DNA from: Gemmatimonadota bacterium
GTDB lineage: Bacteria > Gemmatimonadota > Gemmatimonadetes > Gemmatimonadales > GWC2-71-9
Reading direction: 5' to 3'
Assembly: GCA_039586365.1 (NCBI GenBank)
Contig: JBDHKN010000024.1
Span: forward strand, 1 to 48,603
DNA: 48,603 bases
The stretch's first letter is position 1, and every line of letters begins with the position of its first letter. Of the stretch, positions 19,859 through 30,597 are shown in pieces. The notes below the pieces were generated by a model, which was given only the letters and a program-made list of their open reading frames with translations, was not told the DNA's origin and did no database searches. The translations under genes and the position numbers were made by a program.

Positions 19859-19908
19859 ATGGACTCCTCCGCGGGACAGCCGGTGTCCCATGCGTTGTTG
19901 AAGTCGCG

Positions 19909-20316
19909 CTAGTCACCGGGATCGGGCCGGCGGCGCTCCAGTTTGACCTGTGAGCGGCGTCTTTTCTCTTGTAGCCTCGCTTCCTTCGCCGCGGGCGGTG
20001 GCTTGGTCTTCCTGCGTGGGGGCGGTTCTTCGAGCGCTTGCTGCACCATGACGTTCAAACGCTCGACTGCTGCTTGCCGATTCTGAAGCTGGCTACGCCT
20101 CTCGTCAGCCACAACTCGCAAATCCCCATCAGAGTCAATCCGAGAGGCCAGCTTACGCAACAGAAGCTCTCGCTGAGCCGCCGAAAGGGAAGGGCTCATC
20201 ACGACGTTCCACCGTACTTCGACCCGGGTCGCCGCCCTGTTTACGTGCTGTCCACCTGGGCCGCCAGCCCGACTGGCTCGGAAGCTCAGCTCGCTGTCGG
20301 GTATGGTGAACGGCAT
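19909..20316 (-). CDS. arfB: Alternative ribosome-rescue peptidyl-tRNA hydrolase ArfB (YaeJ)
   Basis: 'RAGGPGGQHVN' GGQ motif, 'RSQLQNR' and a basic C-terminal tail 'RRKTKP...RLQEKRRRSQVK'. Confidence 0.93.
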   Translation of the reverse strand: MPFTIPDSELSFRASRAGGPGGQHVNRAATRVEVRWNVVMSPSLSAAQRELLLRKLASRIDSDGDLRVVADERRSQLQNRQAAVERLNVMVQQALEEPPPRRKTKPPPAAKEARLQEKRRRSQVKLERRRPDPGD

Positions 20317-20393
20317 GGAATGACAAGATAGTGGGAAGCGGGGGAACCGGAACCCATGTCTGGCGCGTCTCCACCAAGGGGGTGAGTTTTGAC

Positions 20394-21554
20394 ATGATGT
20401 CAGAGAGGCCAGACCCCAAGGGATCACCGTTTGCCGAACTCGCACTGGTGCTGTCGGGCGGCGGAGCGCGGGCCTGCTACCAGGTCGGTGTGTTAGTGGC
20501 CATTGCCGAGCGGGTCCCGGATTTACAGGTACCGATACTAACCGGCGTGTCAGCGGGTGCCATCAATGCCGCGAGCTTGGCGGCCCATCCTGGCACATTC
20601 CAGTCGGCCGTCGGCACCCTCCGGCGCCAGTGGAAACAGCTGACGTCCGATCAGGTTTACTGTGTCCGGCCAATCTCGGTGGTTCGCTCCTCACTGCGGT
20701 GGCTGTTCAAGACGCTCTTTGGACGCGGGTCGGGTCCTGGTGTAGTGCGAGGGTTGATGGACATGGACCCGTTACGCCGTCACTTGGGCAAATCAATAGT
20801 GTTCGAGGGCATAACCCAGAACATCGCGGCCAAACGGCTGGTTGCGCTCGCCCTGAGCGCGACTTCGTACTCGGAAGGGCGTGCCGTCACCTTCATCCAG
20901 GGATGTGAGGAGATCCCGGCATGGCAGCGGTCGCTGCGGCGGTCGGTTCACACCGCGATAGAACTGGATCACGTATTGGCCTCGGCTGCAATCCCCATTG
21001 TGTTCCCGGCGGTCAAGTTGGAGGACGGCTTCTACGGGGATGGCAGTGTTCGTCAGATAGCGCCCCTGGCCCCGGCAATCCACCTGGGTGCTCGGCGCTT
21101 GATTGCTATCTCGATGCGGTCCCCGCGTCAGCCGTGGGCTCCGTCTGTACCCATCGGTGACTACCCGGCGGCGGCGGAAGTGATGTCCCTGCTGTTCAGC
21201 TCGATCTTCCTAGACCACCTCGACGCAGACTCTGAACGGTTGAGGCTGGTCAATCGACTGCTTGCTGAGTTGCCTTCAAACCGTCCTCCTCCTCAGGGTG
21301 TGAGAACAGTGGATCTGCTGTTGCTGCGACCGTCGCGGGATCTAGGTGTACTTGCCCGAGGCCTCGAGGCGAAGCTGCCGCGGGTGGTGAGGCTGCTGGT
21401 TCAGGGAATCGGGGGTAGGCGCGAAGGCGCATCGGACCTGTTGAGCTACCTCCTGTTCGAACCGCCGTACACTGAGGTGTTGATGGAGGTCGGGTATTCG
21501 GACGCGCTGGCTCAGTGGTCCGAGATCGAGCAGTTCATGGCCAAATGTGACTAG
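20394..21554 (+). CDS. Patatin-like phospholipase
   Basis: GGGAR oxyanion motif, GVSAG nucleophile motif, 'ASAAIP' and DGS. Confidence 0.9.
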   Translation: MMSERPDPKGSPFAELALVLSGGGARACYQVGVLVAIAERVPDLQVPILTGVSAGAINAASLAAHPGTFQSAVGTLRRQWKQLTSDQVYCVRPISVVRSSLRWLFKTLFGRGSGPGVVRGLMDMDPLRRHLGKSIVFEGITQNIAAKRLVALALSATSYSEGRAVTFIQGCEEIPAWQRSLRRSVHTAIELDHVLASAAIPIVFPAVKLEDGFYGDGSVRQIAPLAPAIHLGARRLIAISMRSPRQPWAPSVPIGDYPAAAEVMSLLFSSIFLDHLDADSERLRLVNRLLAELPSNRPPPQGVRTVDLLLLRPSRDLGVLARGLEAKLPRVVRLLVQGIGGRREGASDLLSYLLFEPPYTEVLMEVGYSDALAQWSEIEQFMAKCD

Positions 21555-21573
21555 GGACGCCGGATAGCGTCCC
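21554..21573. terminator. Small hairpin between convergent patatin and acnA
   Basis: GGGACGC-cggata-GCGTCCC with no clear U-tract. Confidence 0.3.
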
Positions 21574-21586
21574 CATTGCTGTTGAT

Positions 21587-24289
21587 CTACTGCTTGGCAA
21601 GCTGCCGCAGGACGTATTGCAGGATCCCACCGTGTCGGTGGTACTCAACCTCCACTCCCGTGTCTAGTCGAACCAGAACCTCAAAGTTGAGTGCAAAACC
21701 GTCTGTCCGTCTGGCCACAACGCCGAGCTTGCACCCAGCCTTGAGGTCTGCGAGGTCGTTTAGGTCATAATACTCAGCGCCATTCAGGCCGAGTGAGTCA
21801 GCGTTTTCGCCTTCCTGGAACTGGAGTGGCAGCACGCCCATGCCGATCAGGTTACTGCGGTGTATCCGTTCGAAGCTCTCAGCTATGACCGCACGAATTC
21901 CCAGCAAGGCTGTGCCCTTCGCAGCCCAGTCGCGGGAGCTCCCCGTCCCGTACTCTTTGCCGGCCAGCACGATGAGTGGCGTGTTCTCCTGCTGGTAGAG
22001 CATGGACGCTTCGTACACGCTGGTCTGCTCACCGCTGGGAAGGTGCACAGTCCAGTTTCCCTCCTTGCCTTCCGCCAGCCTGTTACGAATTCGGATGTTG
22101 CCGAACGTGCCCCGCATCATCACTTCGTGATTGCCGCGCCGGGCCCCAAAAGTGTTGAAATCTGCCCGCTCGACACCGTGCTCGGTGAGCCAGCGGGATG
22201 CCGGGCTGGCTAGCGGTATCGATCCGGCCGGTGAGATATGATCGGTAGTCACCGTATCGCCCAACCACAACAGCACTCTGGCGTCCTTCACGTCGCTGAC
22301 CGGTTGTGGCTCGATGCTCATGTCGGTGAAGAACGGTGGATCCGCGATATAGGTGGATTGGGAATCCCAGCGAAACCGACCACCTTCACCAGTGGACACG
22401 GGAAGCTGCTGCCACGTGGCATCTCCTGCGAACACCGATCCGTATTCCCGCCGGAACATCTCGGGTTTGAGCGCTTGAGCCATGGTTTCACCGATCTCGG
22501 CAGGGCTGGGCCAGATATCGCGGAGGTAGACCGGATTTCCCTCTCTGTCGGCACCTAGTGGTTCAGTACTGAGATCCACGTTCATGCTGCCGGCAATCGC
22601 GTATGCCACGACCAACATGGGCGATGCGAGGTAGTTCGCTCTAACCAGAGGATGTACCCGCGCTTCGAAATTCCGGTTGCCCGACAATACAGCCGACACT
22701 ATCAGCTCATTCTCTTCCACTGCCCGAGCAATCGGTTCTGCAAGCGGTCCGCTATTCCCGATGCACGTGGTGCAACCGTAACCGACGAGATGGAAGCCCA
22801 GCGCCTCGAGGTCTTTCGTCAGCCCGGCTTCGTTCAGGTAGTCGGTGACCACCTTGGAGCCTGGCGCGAGGCTGGTTTTGACCCAGGGCTTTCGTTCGAG
22901 TCCCTTGGCGACAGCTCGGCGGGCGACAAGTCCAGCTCCAATCATCACTGATGGGTTAGAGGTGTTGGTACAGCTCGTGATCGCCGCGATTACCACTGAA
23001 CCGTCAGTCAGTTCGAAACCTGCCCCATTCTGTTTCACTACGACCGTCGGTGAAGCCGCTTTGCCAGCCCGCTTGGCGCCGGACGGAATCAACTCCGGCA
23101 CCGCCCGCTGGAAGGTCCGCGTCACTTCGGTGAGAGGCACCCTGTCCTGCGGTCTCCGTGGACCGGCAAGGGAAGGGACTACGGTGCTGAGGTCCAGCTC
23201 CACGGTGCTCGTGAACTCCGGGTCCGGCGAGTCGTCCGTGTGAAACAGGCTCAGTTCCTTGCATACCCGCTCCACCCGCTCGATCAACTCAGGCGGCCGG
23301 CCGGTGCGCTCGAGGTACAGCAGGGTCTTGTCGTCAACCGGAAAGAAGCCGATGGTGGCACCATATTCCGGTGACATGTTAGCAATCGTGGCGCGATCGG
23401 CGAGTCCAAGCTGCGACATTCCGGGTCCGTAGAACTCAACGAAGCGGCCGACCACACCGTGCTGCCTCAGCATCTGCGTGACGGTAAGGACCACATCCGT
23501 GGCGGTGGCACCACCAGGCAGATCTCCGGTGAGCTTCATGCCGACGACCTCGGGTAGTCGCATGGAGTACGGCTGTCCAAGCATCACCGCTTCGGCCTCA
23601 ATCCCACCCACACCCCAACCGACGATCCCGAGACCATTGATCATGGTGGTATGCGAGTCCGTACCAACCACGGTGTCGGGGAATGCCACCCGCTCGCCAT
23701 TGTGCATCAGCGACCGCACAACCTCACCCAGGTACTCCAGGTTCACCTGATGGACGATGCCGGTTCCAGGGGGTACGACTCGGAAGTTGTGGAACGCCTG
23801 CTGAGCCCAGCGGAGCAAGGCATATCGCTCGCCGTTTCGCTCCATCTCTTTTGCGACGTTCAGCCGGAATGCGTCGGAATTGCCGAAGTAGTCCACCTGG
23901 ACCGAGTGGTCTATCACCAGATCCGTCTGAACCAACGGGTTGATCCTGGCTGGATCTCCGCCCAACTCAACGATGGCATCTCGCATCGCTGCAAGGTCCA
24001 CGACGGCCGGCACGCCGGTGAAGTCCTGCAGGATCACGCGGCCGGGCATGTACGGGATTTCAGTGGTCCCCTCCTGTTGTGGCTTCCAGCCCGCTACGGC
24101 GACCACGTGGTCTGCGGTGACAGCGCCGTTTCCTGCGTGACGCAGCACGTTCTCTAGGAGTACGCGGATGGAATACGGCAGGCGATCGATATCGGCGACA
24201 CCCTGGTCGCCCAAAGGGGTGAGTCGGTAGACGGCTGTCTTCCCCTCGGGGAGATCGATGGTCGTGCGTGAATTGAATTGGTCAGTCAT
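21587..24289 (-). CDS. acnA: Aconitate hydratase A
   Basis: 'LQDFTGVP', 'GTDSHT', 'ITSCTNTSNP', 'GCTTCIGNSG', 'TTDHISPAG' and 'GSSRDWAAKG'. 900 aa. Confidence 0.97.
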   Translation of the reverse strand: MTDQFNSRTTIDLPEGKTAVYRLTPLGDQGVADIDRLPYSIRVLLENVLRHAGNGAVTADHVVAVAGWKPQQEGTTEIPYMPGRVILQDFTGVPAVVDLAAMRDAIVELGGDPARINPLVQTDLVIDHSVQVDYFGNSDAFRLNVAKEMERNGERYALLRWAQQAFHNFRVVPPGTGIVHQVNLEYLGEVVRSLMHNGERVAFPDTVVGTDSHTTMINGLGIVGWGVGGIEAEAVMLGQPYSMRLPEVVGMKLTGDLPGGATATDVVLTVTQMLRQHGVVGRFVEFYGPGMSQLGLADRATIANMSPEYGATIGFFPVDDKTLLYLERTGRPPELIERVERVCKELSLFHTDDSPDPEFTSTVELDLSTVVPSLAGPRRPQDRVPLTEVTRTFQRAVPELIPSGAKRAGKAASPTVVVKQNGAGFELTDGSVVIAAITSCTNTSNPSVMIGAGLVARRAVAKGLERKPWVKTSLAPGSKVVTDYLNEAGLTKDLEALGFHLVGYGCTTCIGNSGPLAEPIARAVEENELIVSAVLSGNRNFEARVHPLVRANYLASPMLVVAYAIAGSMNVDLSTEPLGADREGNPVYLRDIWPSPAEIGETMAQALKPEMFRREYGSVFAGDATWQQLPVSTGEGGRFRWDSQSTYIADPPFFTDMSIEPQPVSDVKDARVLLWLGDTVTTDHISPAGSIPLASPASRWLTEHGVERADFNTFGARRGNHEVMMRGTFGNIRIRNRLAEGKEGNWTVHLPSGEQTSVYEASMLYQQENTPLIVLAGKEYGTGSSRDWAAKGTALLGIRAVIAESFERIHRSNLIGMGVLPLQFQEGENADSLGLNGAEYYDLNDLADLKAGCKLGVVARRTDGFALNFEVLVRLDTGVEVEYHRHGGILQYVLRQLAKQ

Positions 24290-24516
24290 GATTTGGTCTT
24301 CGTCTTGCTCGGTTTCTCAGGATGTACAGCGTGGAGCTGCGGTGGTCAGCTGTTCAGGTCACTAAAAGTAATCTGAAGACTCAGTGTGCGTGACGTCCTG
24401 GTGTGGCGTGTCTAGGTACCCACGTGTACAATTTCCCCCGGACCGTGCGGTGGAGCGCAGCTTCTCCAGCAGGTCATGATCCGCGTTTCTGGCTACGAAA
24501 CCAGGAGATTCTCAGC

Positions 24517-26532
24517 ATGCCCGAGGAAGTCGCCCAGGGCTCCGCGGCCCTCGACGAACTCTGCATCAACACGGTGCGAGTGCTCTCGATGGAGGCCGTC
24601 GAGCGGGCCAACTCCGGCCATCCGGGGACAGCAATGGCACTCGCGCCAATGTGCTACGTGTTGTGGACGAGACACCTGAGGCATAATCCGGAGGACCCCG
24701 ACTGGTTGGGCCGGGATCGCTTCGTCCTTTCCTGTGGTCACGCCTCGATTCTGTTGTATAGCCTGCTCCATCTTTCGGGCTATGATCTCTCGCTCGACGA
24801 GCTCAGGGACTTTCGTCAGTGGAACAGTCGGACTCCCGGCCATCCGGAGTATGGACATACTCCCGGAGTCGAGACAACTACTGGTCCTCTCGGACAAGGT
24901 TTCGGCAACGCCGTGGGAATGGCAATCGCCCAAGCAAGGCTCGCCGCCGAATTCGGGCAGCCCGGCTTTGATCTGTTTGCGCACCGGGTGTATTTCCTCG
25001 CCAGTGACGGAGACATGATGGAGGGGGTGTCCCACGAGGCTGCTTCCCTCGCGGGTCACCTCCGGTTGGGCAATCTGATCGGATTCTATGACGAAAACGG
25101 AATCACGATCGATGGGAAGACGTCCTTCAGCCATAGCGACGATACCGCGGGTCGTTTCGAGGCCTACGGGTGGCACGTCCAGCGTATTGAGGACGGCAAC
25201 GATTTGGCAGTGATTGACCAGTCACTGGTCGCTGCCAAGGCCGACGAGCGGCCTTCGCTCATCATCGTCCGCACGCACATTGCCTACGGAAGTCCCAACA
25301 AACAGGATACGTCGGCCGCCCACGGCGCACCCTTGGGCCGCGAGGAGATCGAGCTCACCAAGCAGAACCTGGGCTGGGAGTACCGAGAACCTTTCACCGT
25401 GCCTGAGGAGGCGTCTGGTGAATGGCGCCGCTGTCGCGAGCGCGGGCAAACAATGCAATTGGCCTGGCAGCGTGATCTGGTAGAATATGCGGCGGAGCAT
25501 CCGCAACTGGCGCAGGAATTCTCCAGGCGATCAAAGGGTGAGCTACCTCAGGGGTGGGAGGATGCGCTCCCTGCGTTCGGTGGCGACGAAGGGCCACTCG
25601 CAACGCGTACCGCTTCGGGGAAGGTTCTCAATGCGATTGCACCACGACTCCCGGAGTTGTTCGGAGGTTCCGCTGACTTGGCTACCTCGAACAGTACGCT
25701 GCTCGCGGGTGCCGAGCGATTCAGCCGTGACAACCGGTCTGGTCGGAATATGTTCTTCGGAATAAGAGAACACGGGATGGGATCGATAATGAATGGTATG
25801 GCGCTGCACGGCGGATTCATCCCGTACGGTGCCACGTTCCTCGTTTTTTCCGATTACATGCGACCCGCCATCCGTCTCGCCGCCATGATGAGGCTCAAAA
25901 CCATCTATGTATTCACACACGACTCGATCGGACTGGGAGAGGATGGGCCCACTCATCAGCCGATCGAAATGCTGGCTGCATTGCGCGCCATTCCGAACCT
26001 AGCGGTGATGCGGCCCGCTGACGCAGCTGAGACGGTGGAGGCATGGCGCGTCGCGATTAGGCTGACCGGACCCGTGGCACTGTCTCTGACTCGCCAGAAG
26101 GTCCCAGTGTTGGATCGCACCAGGTTGGGCTCTGCCGCCGGTGTGGCGCAGGGCGGTTACATACTGTCGGAGGCTGTGAAAGGAAAGGTCCAAGCCGTAC
26201 TCATTGCAAGTGGATCGGAGGTCGCTGTAGCTCTCGAAGCCCAAGACAAATTGCTGAGTCTGGGGATCGCCGCACGTGTTGTGAGTATGCCCTGCATGGA
26301 TCTCTTTGCGCAGCAAGCGGAATCGTATCGCAATGAAGTCCTGCCCTCGGGTGTGAAGGCCCGGGCTGCGATTGAGGCAGCGCATCCGATGCCCTGGTAC
26401 CGCTGGGTGGGTGATCGAGGTGCAGTCGTCGGCCTGGATAGGTTTGGTGCCTCGGCGCCAGCGGATCGCCTGTACCGAGAATTTGGAATCACCGCGGACG
26501 CTGTCGTAAGCATTGTTCAGGGATTGTTATAA
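24517..26532 (+). CDS. tkt: Transketolase
   Basis: 'SGHPG', 'TTGPLGQG', 'SDGDMMEG' TPP motif and '[16 protein letters not shown]'. AGGAG RBS before ATG 24517. Confidence 0.97.
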   Translation: MPEEVAQGSAALDELCINTVRVLSMEAVERANSGHPGTAMALAPMCYVLWTRHLRHNPEDPDWLGRDRFVLSCGHASILLYSLLHLSGYDLSLDELRDFRQWNSRTPGHPEYGHTPGVETTTGPLGQGFGNAVGMAIAQARLAAEFGQPGFDLFAHRVYFLASDGDMMEGVSHEAASLAGHLRLGNLIGFYDENGITIDGKTSFSHSDDTAGRFEAYGWHVQRIEDGNDLAVIDQSLVAAKADERPSLIIVRTHIAYGSPNKQDTSAAHGAPLGREEIELTKQNLGWEYREPFTVPEEASGEWRRCRERGQTMQLAWQRDLVEYAAEHPQLAQEFSRRSKGELPQGWEDALPAFGGDEGPLATRTASGKVLNAIAPRLPELFGGSADLATSNSTLLAGAERFSRDNRSGRNMFFGIREHGMGSIMNGMALHGGFIPYGATFLVFSDYMRPAIRLAAMMRLKTIYVFTHDSIGLGEDGPTHQPIEMLAALRAIPNLAVMRPADAAETVEAWRVAIRLTGPVALSLTRQKVPVLDRTRLGSAAGVAQGGYILSEAVKGKVQAVLIASGSEVAVALEAQDKLLSLGIAARVVSMPCMDLFAQQAESYRNEVLPSGVKARAAIEAAHPMPWYRWVGDRGAVVGLDRFGASAPADRLYREFGITADAVVSIVQGLL

Positions 26533-26534
26533 TC

Positions 26535-27218
26535 GTGAATCGTCATCGATCGGACCTCGACGAGGCCAAACGTGAAGCTGCCGAGCGGGCTGCTCGGGAA
26601 GTGTGCTCGGGGATGGTTGTCGGTCTCGGTACCGGATCCACAGCCAGATTTGCAGTCGAAGCCATCGGTTGGAGGCTCGCACAAGGAGAACTGGAGAACG
26701 TGTGCGGGATCCCGACTTCCAATCGTACCCGCGACCTGGCGATCTCAGTCGGTATCCCTTTGACCGATCTGAACGCGCATCCTGAGGTCGATCTCACGCT
26801 CGATGGAGCCGACGAAGTGGATCCCGGAGGGAATCTCATCAAGGGCGGCGGAGGCGCCCTCCTGCGGGAGAAGATCGTGGCGTCGGCGTCGCGTCGGTTC
26901 CTGATTATGGTGGATGAGACGAAGTTGGTTGCCCGTCTGGCAGAGGTTTTCCCTGTACCGGTGGAAGTGGTGCCGTTCGGGTGGAAGGTGCAGGAGGTTC
27001 GGTTACGTGAGCTGGGTGCCGATCCGATACTACGAGTGGATGCGGCGGGAACACCATTTCGCACCGACGACGGCCACCACATCATCGACTGTACGTTCGC
27101 CGGTGGGATCACGGATCTATGGGCCACAGAAAACGCTATCCGGAGCCGGCCCGGCGTGGTTGAGACCGGGTTGTTCCTCGACATGTCTCCTGAGGTGTTC
27201 CTAGGGGGGAGCAGCTAG
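26535..27218 (+). CDS. rpiA: Ribose-5-phosphate isomerase A
   Basis: 'GLGTGST', 'DGADEVD' and 'KGGGGALLREK'. Confidence 0.96.
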   Translation: MNRHRSDLDEAKREAAERAAREVCSGMVVGLGTGSTARFAVEAIGWRLAQGELENVCGIPTSNRTRDLAISVGIPLTDLNAHPEVDLTLDGADEVDPGGNLIKGGGGALLREKIVASASRRFLIMVDETKLVARLAEVFPVPVEVVPFGWKVQEVRLRELGADPILRVDAAGTPFRTDDGHHIIDCTFAGGITDLWATENAIRSRPGVVETGLFLDMSPEVFLGGSS

Positions 27219-27220
27219 GC

Positions 27221-27934
27221 GTGCGACGTTACGGCATGCTGGCTGTCGCTTTCTGCTGCGCCGGTCTCTGCGTGCGGCTTGGTTTCTGGCAGCTGGACCG
27301 ATTGAGCCAGAGGAGAGCCCACAACACGCTGTTAGAGACCCGCTTGCAGCTGCCCCCAGTGGATCTGAAGACCGAATCCAGCTTCGATTCCCTGAACTAC
27401 CGCAGGACGGCGGCCAGAGGTGTCTTCGATTTCGACCACCAGCTCGTCCTCATGGCTCGCAGCTATCACGGAGTCCCTGGCGTCCACGTCGTAACGCCAC
27501 TTCGGCTCGATGATGGGATGGCGATTCTAGTCGAGCGAGGATGGGCACCTTCCCCCGACGCAAATACCGTCGATCTAACTGAGTTTCCTGAGGCCGACAG
27601 CGTGGTAGTCGAGGGGATCTTGCGGGCACCGCAGAATGGCGGTCCAGTGACGGCGAACGCGGGTTGGCCGATCCACGTCCGGAACGTCGATCCTGCTGCA
27701 TTGCAGGACATATACTCCTATCCGCTTCGTCCGCTCCTCCTGCGACGGACATCGCGCGTCGAGGAGATGGCGAGTGAACTTCGACCGATCTTGCAGCCGG
27801 AACTCAACAACGGACCGCACCTTTCTTATGCCGTGCAGTGGTTCACATTCGCCACGATAGCGCTGGTGGGTGGGGTGATACTGTTTTGCAGGGAGCAGGG
27901 AACAGGGAGCAGGGAGCCGAAAACCAAGGAGTAA
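27221..27934 (+). CDS. SURF1-family membrane protein
   Basis: 'LGFWQLDR', 'VVTPLRL', 'LVERGW' and 'HLSYAVQWF', with two terminal TM helices. Confidence 0.9.
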   Translation: MRRYGMLAVAFCCAGLCVRLGFWQLDRLSQRRAHNTLLETRLQLPPVDLKTESSFDSLNYRRTAARGVFDFDHQLVLMARSYHGVPGVHVVTPLRLDDGMAILVERGWAPSPDANTVDLTEFPEADSVVVEGILRAPQNGGPVTANAGWPIHVRNVDPAALQDIYSYPLRPLLLRRTSRVEEMASELRPILQPELNNGPHLSYAVQWFTFATIALVGGVILFCREQGTGSREPKTKE

Positions 27935-27977
27935 TACCTTGCTCCGCTCCCCGCTCCCGGCTCCCTGCTCTCTCCCT
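27889..27977. repeat. Inverted heptamer arrays straddling the SURF1 stop codon
   Basis: CAGGGAG-CAGGGAA-CAGGGAG-CAGGGAG, then complementary units CTCCGCT-CCCCGCT-CCCGGCT-CCCTGCT. Confidence 0.7.
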
Positions 27978-28047
27978 TGACATCCCCAGCTCCAAGCAGC
28001 ACTCTCGCAGCGACCTCGCCAACCAGCATCCCAACAAGGAGCGTCCC

Positions 28048-29343
28048 GTGTTCAATCGGCGTGATTTCCTACGATCAATGATGGGTGCGGCTACATTTGC
28101 TCCCCCGGCCCTGCGTGACGACGGTCTCGGCCGCATCCTTTCAGCGTCGTCCGTTGTGGATGGACGATCACCTCAACAGGTTGCTGAGGACGAGAGCTTC
28201 TGGTTCGCGGTCCAGCAGGCTTTCACCGTCGACCGCAGCATGATCAATCTCAACAACGGTGGTGTGTGTCCCAGCCCCAAAGTGGTACAGGATGCCGTGC
28301 GCCGGTATCTGGAGTATTCGAATCATGCACCTGCTTACCACATGTGGCGTCACTTGGAGCCGATGGTTGAGGGCGTGAGAATTCGTCTGGCCCGTACGTT
28401 CGGATGTGATCCCGAGGAGATGGCGATCACGCGGAATGCGAGCGAGGCACTGGAGATCTGCCAGCTCGGAATAGACTTGGAGCCCGGTGACGAAATCTTG
28501 ACGACCGACCAAGACTACGGCCGTATGCTGACGACCTGGGACCAGCGGGCGCGGCGCGAGAACATACTGATCAGCAAGTTCCCCTTCGTTACCCCGCCCA
28601 AGAGCATGCAGGACCTGGTCGACATGTTCGAGGAGCGGATCACTCCGCGCACGAAGGTCATTCACTTCTGCCACGTCGTGAACCTCACTGGCCAGATCTT
28701 CCCAGTCAAAGAGATCTCTCAGATGGCGCGGGCTCGCGGTATCGAGACGATTGTGGACGGGGCGCACGCGTTTGCTCACTTTCCGTTCAAGCGCGACGAT
28801 CTCGATTGCGATTACTATGGCACGTCGTTGCACAAGTGGCTGCTAGCGCCCATTGGTACGGGGTTTCTCTACGTGAAGCGCGACAAGATCGAGAAACTGT
28901 GGCCGCTCATGGCTGCGCCAGATGGGATGAAGGGCAACATCAGGAAGTTCGAGGAGATCGGGACGCATCCGGCGGCTCTCCACAACGCTATAGCCGAGGC
29001 GCTGACCTTCCACCACGGCATCGGTGCGGAGCGCAAGATTGCGCGACTGCGCTATCTCAGGGATCGGTGGATGAGGCGGTTGGACGGGCAACCCGGGGTT
29101 GTCTTGCACACCAGTTTCGATCCGGCGATGGCGGGGGGACTGGCAAATGTGGGGATCGAAGGGATCGATCCAGGTGATCTAGCTGCCCACTTGTGGAATA
29201 CCCAGAAGATCTTCGTGGTTGGAATCGGACACCCAGCATGCACCGGCATCCGAGTGACTCCTAATGTCTACACCACGCTCGATGAGGTGGATCGATTTGC
29301 CGAGGCAATGGAGGATGTGATAGCACACGGTATCCCAGGTTAA
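28048..29343 (+). CDS. Class V PLP-dependent aminotransferase-fold enzyme (isopenicillin N epimerase / cysteine desulfurase-like) with Tat signal
   Basis: 'NRRDFL' twin-arginine leader, 'INLNNG', 'DGAH' and PLP lysine in 'SLHKW'. AAGGAG RBS before GTG 28048. Confidence 0.88.
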   Translation: MFNRRDFLRSMMGAATFAPPALRDDGLGRILSASSVVDGRSPQQVAEDESFWFAVQQAFTVDRSMINLNNGGVCPSPKVVQDAVRRYLEYSNHAPAYHMWRHLEPMVEGVRIRLARTFGCDPEEMAITRNASEALEICQLGIDLEPGDEILTTDQDYGRMLTTWDQRARRENILISKFPFVTPPKSMQDLVDMFEERITPRTKVIHFCHVVNLTGQIFPVKEISQMARARGIETIVDGAHAFAHFPFKRDDLDCDYYGTSLHKWLLAPIGTGFLYVKRDKIEKLWPLMAAPDGMKGNIRKFEEIGTHPAALHNAIAEALTFHHGIGAERKIARLRYLRDRWMRRLDGQPGVVLHTSFDPAMAGGLANVGIEGIDPGDLAAHLWNTQKIFVVGIGHPACTGIRVTPNVYTTLDEVDRFAEAMEDVIAHGIPG

Positions 29344-29384
29344 TCGGTAGCTGTGGGATCGATGGCCATCACAAGCAGATGCGA

Positions 29385-29416
29385 AACGGGCGATGGTGAT
29401 GCAGCCATCGCCCGTT
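29385..29416. terminator. Hairpin between convergent genes, possible bidirectional terminator
   Basis: 12-bp perfect stem AACGGGCGATGG / CCATCGCCCGTT with an 8-nt loop. Confidence 0.5.
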
Positions 29417-29444
29417 GTCGTAAGGGGATATTCCCTCACCCATC

Positions 29445-29867
29445 TCACCTGGCTAGGTCCTGCAACCCATCCTTGCCGACAGCTCCCACTGCTGTCTTTA
29501 CGACCTGTCCATTCTCGAAGCGGGCAAAGAAGGGAATCGACCGAATGCCGTACTGTTGGCTCAGTTGAGGGGACCGGTCGGTATCCACCTTCGCTATCAG
29601 GATCTTGCCCGCCTTCGCGTGGGCAATCTCATCCAGGAAGGGTGCCATTACCCGGCATGGCCTGCACCAGTCCGCGTAGAAATCCACAAGCACTGGCACC
29701 TCTGATTTGAGCACGGTGGCAGCGAAATGCTCTTCGGCCACTTTGACCGGCCGGTCCAACAGGAATGGCTTCTTGCACTCGGCACATCTGGGTCCGTGGC
29801 TGTGCCGTTCAACGTCGACCGTGTTGAGTGTACCGCAGAATTGACACGCTAGGTTCACGTGCGCCAT
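29445..29867 (-). CDS. trxC: Thioredoxin 2-type protein (N-terminal zinc finger)
   Basis: CQFC...CAEC zinc finger, 'VDFYADWCRPC' active site and 'IRSIP'. GGAGG RBS. Confidence 0.85.
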   Translation of the reverse strand: MAHVNLACQFCGTLNTVDVERHSHGPRCAECKKPFLLDRPVKVAEEHFAATVLKSEVPVLVDFYADWCRPCRVMAPFLDEIAHAKAGKILIAKVDTDRSPQLSQQYGIRSIPFFARFENGQVVKTAVGAVGKDGLQDLAR

Positions 29868-30101
29868 TTGTTCTGCCTCCTCAATGTGGCTTTCCAACAA
29901 CGACTTCTCGAAATCTCTAATCGCTCGTCTGTCTCGAGACGCGAGGCCCCACCATCGAGGTCGCGATAGCCTGGCACGCAGATGTTTCAGGGGCTGCCGG
30001 TGGGCCGGCCATCGTCGGCTTCTGGCATCTGTGGAATCCCGCGTTCGTCTATACGACGAGTCCGTGCAAGTGTCCGCAGATTATTGCGCATCTCCAGTAC
30101 G

Positions 30102-30335
30102 TCAGGTGCTCGCGCCAGTATGTGGCTGTCTCAGAATCTGTCGCAATGTCACCAATGCTGTGACTTGAAATAGCACTACCAACAGATAGGCAACACGCAC
30201 GACCCACCATTCTAGGGTGACATCCGGTTCGCCATGCGCGATATCCGTCAATGCGAGAAGGCTCAGCACCAATCCAATAACGGAGAGAACCCCAAGTGCA
30301 AACGAGATTGTAGCACTCCTCCTCAGGTCTATCAC
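30102..30335 (-). CDS. Small two-helix membrane protein, hypothetical
   Basis: Two hydrophobic segments around 'LALTDIAHGEPDVTLEW'. GGAGG RBS before GTG 30335. Confidence 0.6.
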   Translation of the reverse strand: MIDLRRSATISFALGVLSVIGLVLSLLALTDIAHGEPDVTLEWWVVRVAYLLVVLFQVTALVTLRQILRQPHTGAST

Positions 30336-30597
30336 AATCAGTCCTCCTTGCCATCTGTCATACACCTTCAGCCGGCCTGCTGGCGTTCCGCTCTGTGTGT
30401 TGAGCGGTGGATCCAGGCACCCTGTGATTCCATCGTAAGAGCTGTTCTGGGTGTTGTGTCTTGCGGTTCCATGGAGCGACCGGGGCCCGGGGAATACGAT
30501 TCACATTTAGGCGCAGGGAATGAGGCCTTGTGAGGAGCGCAGGCGCCCGAACGCTGGTAGATTCCATGGCAGGACAACCGTCACACCGAGGTAGACG

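Noticed and set aside
30368..30597. Possible SAM riboswitch upstream of the Met/Cys lyase gene
   Set aside because: No SAM-I (ATC..GAG...GCAACC...GTGC) or SAM-II consensus is visible.
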